Below are positions 7,060-15,094 of a stretch of 22,741 nt of DNA, in pieces. The notes under the pieces were generated by a model. That model was not told where the DNA came from. It ran no database searches and saw only the letters and a list, made by a program, of their open reading frames with translations. The stretch is from the NCBI GenBank assembly GCA_038889235.1, contig JAWAHN010000004.1, positions 1 to 22,741 of the forward strand, given 5' to 3'. The translations under genes were made by a program, and so were the position numbers. Source of the DNA: Candidatus Jordarchaeales archaeon. GTDB taxonomy: Archaea; Asgardarchaeota; Jordiarchaeia; Jordiarchaeales; Freyrarchaeaceae. Each line of letters begins with the position of its first letter. The stretch's first letter is position 1.

Positions 7060-8187
7060 CTAGCTTCGAGCAATCACTTCGGCCAGCACGCGCCCCCAGC
7101 GCGCCACCCGGTATTCGTCGTCCAGCTCGTTTCTGGCAAGCTTTGATGCCTCCACTCTGGAGGCTCTTAGGAGGAGTTCAGCTCTCTCCCTCTTACCTCC
7201 CTGCAAGGCGAGGAAGAGAAGCTTAACCAATTCGACAGCCCTATCGTGCGCCTTATCTCCGATGGCAGGCGTGAGAGCCCTTCTGAGCAGGCTATTTAGA
7301 ATGTTGGCAACTTCACCCCTTTGCTTTAACGCCTTGAGCGCTCTACCAGACTTGGCGACGAATGAACTTAGCGGGAGGTAGTGTGTGACGCCGACTTCAG
7401 CCGCCTTTTGTCCTCCCGGGTCCTTCATGCTCACCAGTATGATGTCTGGGGCGTCGTCCGGTGCGAGCATGGCGAACCATATTATGAGTGCCTCTTCGGG
7501 CCTTAGCCCCGGGGGCAGCCACCCCTCTTTGCTGGAAAGGGATTCGGTGAGCATCTTGTATTCAAGCGTGCTTGCTCCGAGCTCATATGGGAAAACGTGG
7601 AGGGTGTGCCACGTCTGCTGCCCTCCCCCAACCTCGTACTTCACTCTGCCAACTCTTGAGAGGACGTAGCCTGAGAGGAGCAGCATGAAGTAGTCTAGGT
7701 TCACTTTTACGTCGTACCTCTCTTTGTCTTTCATGAACGGGGCCCTTGTGAGAGCGTACTGCTCTGGCTTGAATATGCTTGGGAGAGATAGGTCTCCTTC
7801 TCCGAAGCTGGAGAAGGAGGCGGCTAGGTCTTGCGGCCTATAGTTCCTGAGGTTATTGGAGTAAGCGGTCAAAGCGTCGGAAAACGTGCTTCCTGCAGGG
7901 ATGGAGAGCCTCTTCATGACTGAAGAGAATATTTTCTTGTCGTTGCCCGAAGCCGGAATCTCAGTACCCTTCCACCGCTCAACGTACTTTTTCAGCACGA
8001 AGGCCGCGCTGCTGACTCCATCTGCGAGGAGGGCGGCCGCGCTCCCCACAGCTTGTATCTCGACGCTGTCTCCCTGCATGGTTATCCTTTCTCTTTTTAC
8101 TTCATCAAGGAAGGAGATGAAGGTTAGCACGTAGTACCTCGCTATTCCCGGCGGTAGGACGATGCGCACGCGCTTCGCGTCTAGCAA
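7060..8187 (-). CDS. cas8a: Type I-A Cascade large subunit Cas8a (CsaX/Csa4-like)
   Basis: 375 aa, last gene after cas3'' in the csa5-cas7-cas5-cas3'-cas3'' order typical of type I-A. RBS GGAGGTGG. Contains LSLPSIFKPEQY. The call is mainly positional. Confidence 0.75.
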   Translation of the reverse strand: MLDAKRVRIVLPPGIARYYVLTFISFLDEVKRERITMQGDSVEIQAVGSAAALLADGVSSAAFVLKKYVERWKGTEIPASGNDKKIFSSVMKRLSIPAGSTFSDALTAYSNNLRNYRPQDLAASFSSFGEGDLSLPSIFKPEQYALTRAPFMKDKERYDVKVNLDYFMLLLSGYVLSRVGRVKYEVGGGQQTWHTLHVFPYELGASTLEYKMLTESLSSKEGWLPPGLRPEEALIIWFAMLAPDDAPDIILVSMKDPGGQKAAEVGVTHYLPLSSFVAKSGRALKALKQRGEVANILNSLLRRALTPAIGDKAHDRAVELVKLLFLALQGGKRERAELLLRASRVEASKLARNELDDEYRVARWGRVLAEVIARS

Positions 8188-8915
8188 AATACCACCTCCT
8201 CAATTTCCTTCACAAACATTTTTCTCATTTCGTTCATCCCCCCTCTTCTCCTCGCTTCTAGGTTGTCCGCCACGATCAGGGGGTACATGACTAGTATGTA
8301 GAGTTTCATCCACCTTCCAGCTTTTTGCGCTTGCCTTAGGCCGTTCAGCCACGAGTGGAAGCTTTCGACGTCGCTGCCTCTCAAGACGAGGCCCCTCAGG
8401 TTGATGTTGAACCTTCCGAAGACGGGTTGGAGGTCTCCTTCGCAGAACCCACTTTCGACCAATTTGAGCACCTTGGCTTTTGCGTCGCTCTCCCTTTCAC
8501 TCATCATCTTGATCGAGTTTCTCGAGGCGTGGTGGTGGTTTAGGATGCTTAGCGCGAGTAGGGCTTTTTCGACCATACTCCACGCGTCACCCTGAGAGTT
8601 AAGGAACTTGTAGCACATTGCCGCAGATGCAACCTCGTGGTATTGGAAGCCCCCTTCTTTGACTTGGGAGCAGTTGTCGTCGAACCGCGCCTGAAACTTG
8701 TTGTAGGCTTTCCCGACGTCGTGGAATAGGATGGCGAGCCTAGCAATCTCTTCAAGTCTCTCCGGCGGCACAGTTGTGTCTTTAAGGGCGGACCTTAGCC
8801 TCCTCGAGGCCACCTCGAAGTAGTTTTCGTTTTTCTCTGCGAATGACTTGAACACGGCGAGGCATCCTTCAATGTGGCTTGAAAGAGACTGTCCTGCGAA
8901 CGCGCACGGCTTCAA
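8181..8915 (-). CDS. cas3'': Cas3'' HD nuclease
   Basis: HIEG, ILFHDVGK, YHEVAS, NHHH and VADN motifs. 4-nt overlap with the cas3' stop. Confidence 0.93.
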   Translation of the reverse strand: MKPCAFAGQSLSSHIEGCLAVFKSFAEKNENYFEVASRRLRSALKDTTVPPERLEEIARLAILFHDVGKAYNKFQARFDDNCSQVKEGGFQYHEVASAAMCYKFLNSQGDAWSMVEKALLALSILNHHHASRNSIKMMSERESDAKAKVLKLVESGFCEGDLQPVFGRFNINLRGLVLRGSDVESFHSWLNGLRQAQKAGRWMKLYILVMYPLIVADNLEARRRGGMNEMRKMFVKEIEEVVFC

Positions 8916-10609
8916 TCTTCAACCCCCACATATCCCACCTCTCGGTCTATCTTGTCGACTACCAGTCCATCGTAGCCCTTTTTCAGAAGTTCAAGCGACA
9001 GGTTTTCTGCGCTGATGAAACCTTTCCTTTCTCTGTCACTTGGAACAACTATTTTTCCGTCCTTGACCAAGTTTGCCCCTTGCTTTAACGCGTTCTTCGC
9101 CATTTTCTCCGACAACGCCACGGGGTTTTGCAAGTAGACCCCGCTTTTGACGTCCTCGGCGGCGAAGAGAGGTACTATGCCGAAGGACGGGGTGATCTTT
9201 CCGACGTGCTCGATGAAGTCCCTCGCATCACTACTTGTTATGAACGGGTAAGCGTCGAGGTAACCGAGCGACTGCTCGAAAACTTTGAAGTACCGGCGGA
9301 GCTCGTCGGCGAACCCTTCACTGTAAACCTTGTCCATCACAGTTCTAACCTCATCTTCCACTTCACTCCTCGAGCGGAAATCGCTGTGCTCACCGAGAAG
9401 CTTCCAGGTTTCGTCGACCACTCTCTGGTCGTAGACGCCCTTCGATACGCGAGCGACAACCACAACCTCCCCTTCATCGTGCCCCTCCCTCCTGGCGACG
9501 CGGCCCATCCTCTGAAGGAGCCTGTCTGGCGGACACACCTCGCTCACCAAAACGTCGAAACTCTCGTCTATTCCAGCCTCCACGACCTGCGTGGCAACCA
9601 GAACCCTAGTCTTCTTTATCGCCTCCGATCTCTCCCTCTTAAGCAACTCCGGCAGCCTCCCATGGAGGAGAACTGGACTTAAACCAGCAGCCTTCAGCTC
9701 CCCGTAAGCGTCGACAGCGGCCTTCACGGTGTTCAGCACAACCATAACCCTCTTGCCCCGCCGATGGCATTCGGCCACTTCCTCCAAGATTCCCTTCAAG
9801 GAGTTTCCGTCGAGTTTAACCAACTTAAGCATCTTCTTTCTCCTCCTCTCCTCGAACTCCTTGTCATCGGACGGCGAGTAGGATTCCTCCTCGAACCTCA
9901 GTCCAGACTCCTCAACATGTTCCTTCAGGAACTCTTTGAGCGTTTTTGGCATAGTTGCAGTCATTACGACTACTGGGACGCCGACGCACGCCATTTGGAT
10001 TATTGCCCTCGTCGCGGAGCAGAGGGCTCTCGCCTCGTCTTCGAGCGAGGAGAGCTCCCCGGCGGACTGAGGCGAAAGGAGGTGGAATTCGTCGAAGACG
10101 ACTATCGAGGAGTAAATGTTGCCCCTCGGAAACTCGTAGTGCGACACGTCGTACTTGAAGAGCTTCGCCAGCTCGTATGCGGGTGCCTTGTAGAAGTTGA
10201 GCAGGAAGGTGTCAAGTGTGACGACGACACACTTCTTGGCGAAGAAGGGGGAGCCGGGGGACCCCATGTGCTGGACGCCGACAAAGCTTGATCTATAGCC
10301 GAGGATCTCCATCCAGCAGCGCAGTCTTTGACCGAGGTCGTCGACTATAGTCCTCATGGGGAGCACGTGGATAACCCTTAGGAAGAAAGGGTTACCGTCG
10401 ACGGCCGCCTTGGCGAGGGTGAGCGTCATCGTTGACTTACCGTAGCCCGCCGGGTACTCCATTAAAACCACCCCCTCCTCCCCCCTGTCGAGGAGCTCGT
10501 CGAGACGGCCCAGCACTTTTAGCACTCCCGGCCTCGGCTTCCATCCAAGCTTCTCCCCAAGCACGTTACACGCTTCAAGGTATTTGTTTTGGAGTAAGCC
10601 TTCAGCCAT
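8912..10609 (-). CDS. cas3': Cas3' SF2 helicase
   Basis: PAGYGKS, VFDEFH, VMTAT, LLHGRL, ATQVVEAGID and QRMGRVAR motifs. No HD domain (split Cas3). Confidence 0.95.
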   Translation of the reverse strand: MAEGLLQNKYLEACNVLGEKLGWKPRPGVLKVLGRLDELLDRGEEGVVLMEYPAGYGKSTMTLTLAKAAVDGNPFFLRVIHVLPMRTIVDDLGQRLRCWMEILGYRSSFVGVQHMGSPGSPFFAKKCVVVTLDTFLLNFYKAPAYELAKLFKYDVSHYEFPRGNIYSSIVVFDEFHLLSPQSAGELSSLEDEARALCSATRAIIQMACVGVPVVVMTATMPKTLKEFLKEHVEESGLRFEEESYSPSDDKEFEERRRKKMLKLVKLDGNSLKGILEEVAECHRRGKRVMVVLNTVKAAVDAYGELKAAGLSPVLLHGRLPELLKRERSEAIKKTRVLVATQVVEAGIDESFDVLVSEVCPPDRLLQRMGRVARREGHDEGEVVVVARVSKGVYDQRVVDETWKLLGEHSDFRSRSEVEDEVRTVMDKVYSEGFADELRRYFKVFEQSLGYLDAYPFITSSDARDFIEHVGKITPSFGIVPLFAAEDVKSGVYLQNPVALSEKMAKNALKQGANLVKDGKIVVPSDRERKGFISAENLSLELLKKGYDGLVVDKIDREVGYVGVED

Positions 10610-11435
10610 ACCCTACCACTACCTCGCCGTTAGCCTTGAAGGCGCGCCCCTCCACTGTGAGGGAGACCTCAACCTCCTCGCTTTTGAGGGGAACCTTCGA
10701 CCCGGGGATGATGTACTCCTCGCGCATCAGACCCGTACTCCTACCCCACCCTCCCCTCCAAAATGACTCCCTGAAGAACCTTCCCTCGACTTCTCCGAGC
10801 CTCGCGGGGAAATAGTAGCGTGTCCTAACCCTCCTTTCTTTGAGGGGTTTTGCCTCGGATAACTGGACTTCTTCGACGGAAATTATGGACTCTTTGCTTC
10901 CAACCCTTGTTATCTGCCAGGCCGCCATCCTCAGCTCGTCTTCAAGCTTACCGGGTACAATTTCCCTCAGTCTCTCGTCGACCAGCAGTACCATGGATAG
11001 CACCCCGGACGGGTAGTAGACTTTTCCGGCGGGTAGGGCTCCCGTCCTGTACTTCATGAGGTACCTTCTCCCCCCAACTGCTTCCTCTTCATCGGTGCCT
11101 TTTGTCGTCTCCTGGAATAAGAGGGTGACGAACTTGTTTAGGTCATCCCACATGTAGCCCATTGACTGGTCTATGTCGAAGCTAGCGGTGGCGTAAATGT
11201 ACTTCTCCAGTAGTCCGGCTGGGCTCATGGGGCCTAGCTTCTTGTCGAGGAGGACTTCGCCCTCCCACCTCACGCCCTGGTACGATAAAACCCCTCTTCT
11301 AGCCAGAGGGTATGCTAAGGCTCCTATGATTGTGGTTGGGGGTGGTATTGGGAGGGTGGCCTGGAACTTGCTTGTCCCAGGGACTCTCACCCAGAACCCC
11401 CAGTGGTAGCGCGCCTTAATAGTTAGAGCTAGCAA
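10602..11435 (-). CDS. cas5: Type I-A Cas5 (Cas5a)
   Basis: HWGFWVR...TLPIPPPTTIIGALA and QITRVGSKES. Lies between cas7 and cas3'. Confidence 0.92.
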   Translation of the reverse strand: MLALTIKARYHWGFWVRVPGTSKFQATLPIPPPTTIIGALAYPLARRGVLSYQGVRWEGEVLLDKKLGPMSPAGLLEKYIYATASFDIDQSMGYMWDDLNKFVTLLFQETTKGTDEEEAVGGRRYLMKYRTGALPAGKVYYPSGVLSMVLLVDERLREIVPGKLEDELRMAAWQITRVGSKESIISVEEVQLSEAKPLKERRVRTRYYFPARLGEVEGRFFRESFWRGGWGRSTGLMREEYIIPGSKVPLKSEEVEVSLTVEGRAFKANGEVVVGYG

Positions 11436-11486
11436 CTTGAAGCCCCCGGCACTAAACTTTTAAGCAAGGGAAAAAAGGGGGTTTGT

Positions 11487-12512
11487 TTAGCGTGTCCAGC
11501 TTTTCACTGTTGCAGCGACGCGCCTTGCAAGTTCTTCTAGGTTCCCTGAAACGTCGATGCCCTCCACTCCTTCCGCCGCCTTCTCCTTGTCCATTGCGAA
11601 GAGCTTTATTTCGGCGTCGTTTCCTCCGCGCAGCTCTTTTGTGAGGGATTGGAAGCTCTCCTTCCTCTTGGCGGTCTCGGCGATGTAGTTTTTGGAGTTT
11701 CCCGGTGAGACCACGAAGAACGTGTTTTTCGAGACGGCTGCAACTGCTGAGAGGGGTTCCACGTTTGGCAGGAACCTGCTCCTCTTAGCCCCGAGTCTTA
11801 GCTGAGATAGGAATGTGCTCAGCGCTGAGAGGGCTGCGGTCACACGCTTCTCCCTCTCGCCTTCCAATCGCTTCTCAAGTGACTCGTCACGTTTGCCGAA
11901 GCCGGTCGAGGGCCTGGATATCTGGGAGACGTCCATGTTGAAGGTGAACGTGTAAACTGCTGAGCCTACCTCAACATTGTAGGGTTGTTGCAGGTCCATG
12001 TAGGAAGGTGAGAAGCGCACGTGGAACTGTGCTTCTAGGGCGGCGGCTTCTACGTCGAATACCGCTGGAACCATGTATCCGACCTGGAACGTGGAGGTCC
12101 TCTTCACGGGGTACCTTCCAGCGTAGAGGAAGCCGCCCACGTCGCACACGTAGTCTATCAGCATTATTTCAACTTCAGCCCTGCGTATGTCGTCCTCGCT
12201 ATTCGGCACCTTCACCCCGTACTTTGTAAGGAATTTTTCGTCCGCGAACTTTATGAACTCCCCTCTCTCCGACTCTTCGCTCAGCGATAGCCCAGCCCTC
12301 TTGGCCTCCTCAGCAAGGTGGACTTGGTAGGCGTGCGCGAGCGACTCGCCGGAGATAGTTGGCACGAACCTTATGGAGTAGCCTCCGTCGCCGCTTGGGA
12401 CAACTATAGGCGCCGTCCTGTGCCTTACGAGGTTTCCAACAGTCTCCACGCTGTTAAGGCTTTCAACGTTGACGAGGAGCCTGCATGCAACACTCAAAAA
12501 CACGTCAACCAT
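11487..12512 (-). CDS. cas7: Type I-A Cas7 (Csa2/DevR family)
   Basis: VNVESLNSVETVGNLVRHR, VPTISGESLAHAYQ, CDVGGFL and VKRTSTFQVGY. Confidence 0.95.
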   Translation of the reverse strand: MVDVFLSVACRLLVNVESLNSVETVGNLVRHRTAPIVVPSGDGGYSIRFVPTISGESLAHAYQVHLAEEAKRAGLSLSEESERGEFIKFADEKFLTKYGVKVPNSEDDIRRAEVEIMLIDYVCDVGGFLYAGRYPVKRTSTFQVGYMVPAVFDVEAAALEAQFHVRFSPSYMDLQQPYNVEVGSAVYTFTFNMDVSQISRPSTGFGKRDESLEKRLEGEREKRVTAALSALSTFLSQLRLGAKRSRFLPNVEPLSAVAAVSKNTFFVVSPGNSKNYIAETAKRKESFQSLTKELRGGNDAEIKLFAMDKEKAAEGVEGIDVSGNLEELARRVAATVKSWTR

Positions 12513-12527
12513 TCAAACCACCTCTCT

Positions 12528-12953
12528 TCACGTGGATTTTTTAGAGGCCGCAGACATACACGAGGCGACCATGGACATAGCGTAGCTCGCCACGCTCCTA
12601 GCAAGCCTAATGTCCCTGGAAACATCCTCCAGGAAGGCTTTCACCTGCTCGCTGTCGGCGAGGTACCCTTCAACGAAGTACTCCCCCTCGTCCGAGACGA
12701 TGCGCACCCTTGTTAGCTCCTTACCACCGCTCTCAAACTTCTCCTCGCAGACCCCCTGTCTCCCCCCGGTCTCACGGTACCTTCTCAGTAGGGTTTCGAG
12801 CATCCTCGCGTTCTCGTATATCGCTCTGCTCACGCTGTCCAGGGAGAGGGCGTTGGCCACCCTGTCGATAACAGAGTAGCTTCCCGACGCCACGCAGACC
12901 GTTGCTAGGGCAGTCGCGATCCCCCTATATTTCGAGAGTTCAAGGGATTGCAT
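12528..12953 (-). CDS. csa5: Type I-A small subunit Csa5 (Cas11)
   Basis: 141 aa with YSVIDRVANALSLDSVSRAIYE. First gene of the operon, upstream of cas7. Confidence 0.88.
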   Translation of the reverse strand: MQSLELSKYRGIATALATVCVASGSYSVIDRVANALSLDSVSRAIYENARMLETLLRRYRETGGRQGVCEEKFESGGKELTRVRIVSDEGEYFVEGYLADSEQVKAFLEDVSRDIRLARSVASYAMSMVASCMSAASKKST

Positions 12954-12993
12954 ACAGCAAACCCCCTAGACTAATCTTTTAGCGGTTTACGGT

Positions 12994-13007
12994 CTTTTAA
13001 ATTTTTT
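12994..13007 (-). promoter_or_regulatory. BRE/TATA promoter of the type I-A operon
   Basis: Minus strand reads AAAAAATTTAAAAG about 40 nt upstream of the csa5 ATG, with RBS GGGGGT in between. Confidence 0.55.
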
Positions 13008-13027
13008 GTTCTAAGAAAAAGTTTTAA

Positions 13028-13078
13028 TTCTATGAAATGAAAATATATTCTTGAAGGTTGAGTTTCACTATAGCGAAA
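13028..13078 (+). promoter_or_regulatory. csa3 promoter with a 16-bp palindromic operator candidate
   Basis: TTCTATGAAATGAAAATATATT (13028-13049), then TTTCACTA|TAGCGAAA (13063-13078; arms match 7/8) just before RBS GGGGTG. Confidence 0.5.
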
Positions 13079-13093
13079 GTGGGGTGTTTTGGC

Positions 13094-13723
13094 TTGGCGG
13101 GTGTTGGTAGGAGCACGGTGATAGTTGCGTCGCTTGGGTTTGAGGAGCGCTTCCTTCTAAGGGCGGTCGTGAGGAGGGGTGTTAGGGAGCGCGACAAGGT
13201 TGTTGTCTTTATGCCTGAGAGGGGGGATCCACGGGGGGAGAAGGCGTTCCAGACGTTGAGGGAGCTCGTGGAGAAGGCGTTTCCACAGGTGGAGGTTATC
13301 AAGTACGAGGTTGACGTCCAGGATTTTTATGGTGCGGTGAGTAAGATTAGGGGTATTCTGAAAGAGTTAGCCTTGGAGGGAGACTTGGTGTTCAACTTGA
13401 GTGGGGGCCAGAGGTTGTTGATACTCGAAATACTGGCGGCTGCGCTAAGCCTTGGGGTTAACGCGGAGCTTGAGGTTGAGACCGAGGACTCCTCTGGCTA
13501 CGTGGCTGTCCCGTTGAAAGTCATGCACCCGTTGGATGTGGACAACGTTGACCAGGAAATACTGAGGAGGGCCGTGAGTGGGGTGAGGCTCAAGGACTTG
13601 GAGCATTTGAGTGTGTCGAAGGCGACCCTTTGGAGGAAGCTAAAAAGGCTGACGGAGGAAGGGCTCCTTGAAATGGATAGGGACAAGTACAAGCTAAGCG
13701 ATTTAGGGCGGATGTGGATATGA
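13094..13723 (+). CDS. csa3: Csa3 CARF-wHTH transcriptional regulator
   Basis: VASLGFEERFLLRAV, FNLSGGQRLLI and a C-terminal wHTH (SKATLWRKLKRLTEEGLL). Divergent from the I-A operon. Start at TTG 13094 (RBS GGGGTG) or GTG 13118. Confidence 0.9.
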   Translation: MAGVGRSTVIVASLGFEERFLLRAVVRRGVRERDKVVVFMPERGDPRGEKAFQTLRELVEKAFPQVEVIKYEVDVQDFYGAVSKIRGILKELALEGDLVFNLSGGQRLLILEILAAALSLGVNAELEVETEDSSGYVAVPLKVMHPLDVDNVDQEILRRAVSGVRLKDLEHLSVSKATLWRKLKRLTEEGLLEMDRDKYKLSDLGRMWI

Positions 13724-13949
13724 AGCATAGGGGGCGAGTGAAAGTGGGGCTTTGGGCTTGCTGTGGATTGGTGTCCAAGCACGCTGGTTTTGGAGGTCTT
13801 ATTGGGAGGGCTGTTCGCTTTAAGCTTCGCGTGAGCTGGAGGGGTGGTGTTTTTCGGAGGCGTTGTGTCGGGGTTTGTTGAGGGAGGTTGGGTGGTTGAG
13901 GTGGTGGAAGGGCCGGCTGCAGGTGTTATCCTGTTGAGCGTGTGTGCGG

Positions 13950-13957
13950 TTTATAAG
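13950..13957 (+). promoter_or_regulatory. TATA box of the RNA ligase gene
   Basis: TTTATAAG 23 nt before ATG 13981, a leaderless spacing. Confidence 0.5.
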
Positions 13958-13980
13958 TGTTGGCTGACTTTTACTTCTTG

Positions 13981-15015
13981 ATGAGCGCTGAGGATGTTTT
14001 GGCTAAAGCCTTAAGCTACTTGAAGAAGTGCGGTTGCAGGGTTGAAGTCGCTGGTAGTGAAGTGGAGAGGGTGGTTGAGCTTTTCAGGAAGGGGTTTGGG
14101 GGGCGGCCGAGGATTAAGCCATACCACATAGACCCTCCGAGCCCGGCGCTTTACTCCTACCTTGATGAGGTTAGGCCCGTTGTTTACGCCGAGCAGAAGT
14201 TTGATGGCACCCACATTCAGGTCTCGGATGTCGGGCTTTTCAAGCATGATGGGGGTCCTCTGTCCAACGACCAGCTTGGCGGGCTGCTGTACGTGGCCGC
14301 GGTGGAGCCGAGGAAGGCTGGAAGTGTTCTTGACATGGTTGAGGAGGGTTACGTTGTTGAGCTAGAACTCTTTGGCAGCAAGTACACTCCTATGGGCTTC
14401 CATAGGGATTACGAGAAGCCGTTCGACTTGGTGGTTTTCGAGGTGGGGTTAGAGGGCAAGTGGGTTCCCCCACCGGAGAAGTACGATGTTCTGAAGAGGT
14501 TTGGTGTTCCATGCCCGCAGAGCGTTAGGGTGGACTACAGGGATGCCTACCACTTAAAGGAGGAGGCTGAGAGGATAGCTGAGAGGCCGGACTGGTTTGA
14601 GGGGGCGGTTTTCAAGGCTCCTTTCAAGCCGACTGTCGGCTTATACTTGAAGGAGTACGTTAAGACTGGGAGCATGATAGTGTTCAAGGTGAAGAAAAGG
14701 GTGGAGAAGAGGGAGGAGAGGGCGAAGCCGAGAGTGGAGGAGGAGAGGAGGGTTGCCCCCGTGTCTGAGGTTTACCGGGAGTTGAGGGATGAGGCTTTGA
14801 ACGAGGCTGCGAAGATAGCGGTGGAGAGGGGGGAGGATTACGTTGGAGACGTGCGAAACACGGGTGTGCTCATCGAAACCATAGTGAGGAGCATATGTGA
14901 GGCCCACCCGGCTCTCGTTGAGAGGTTCAAGGCTGACGGGTTCACGGAGAGGGACCTAAGGAAGGTTGTAGGGGAAGCATTGATGGAAGCTAGGAGGAGG
15001 ATGGCGAGGCGCTGA
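13981..15015 (+). CDS. ATP-dependent RNA ligase-like nucleotidyltransferase (Rnl2-like)
   Basis: Motif I EQKFDG, III ELELFG, IIIa LVVFEV, IV FEGAVFK, V FKVKK. The helical C-terminal domain (KIAVERGEDYVGDVRNTGVLIETIVRSICE) resembles the Rnl2 C-domain. No OB-fold DNA-ligase domain is evident. Start moved from 13957 to ATG 13981. Confidence 0.8.
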   Translation: MSAEDVLAKALSYLKKCGCRVEVAGSEVERVVELFRKGFGGRPRIKPYHIDPPSPALYSYLDEVRPVVYAEQKFDGTHIQVSDVGLFKHDGGPLSNDQLGGLLYVAAVEPRKAGSVLDMVEEGYVVELELFGSKYTPMGFHRDYEKPFDLVVFEVGLEGKWVPPPEKYDVLKRFGVPCPQSVRVDYRDAYHLKEEAERIAERPDWFEGAVFKAPFKPTVGLYLKEYVKTGSMIVFKVKKRVEKREERAKPRVEEERRVAPVSEVYRELRDEALNEAAKIAVERGEDYVGDVRNTGVLIETIVRSICEAHPALVERFKADGFTERDLRKVVGEALMEARRRMARR

Positions 15016-15094
15016 CAGGTTTTCGTGAGGGGAAGGGGCCCTTTCAGACCTTGAGTATGCACACGTGCGCCTCCACTTAGGGGTCCAGCTTGGG

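Noticed and set aside
7041-7226. 61-aa plus-strand ORF continuing the ATPase operon
   Set aside because: Almost entirely antisense to cas8a, with no recognisable features.
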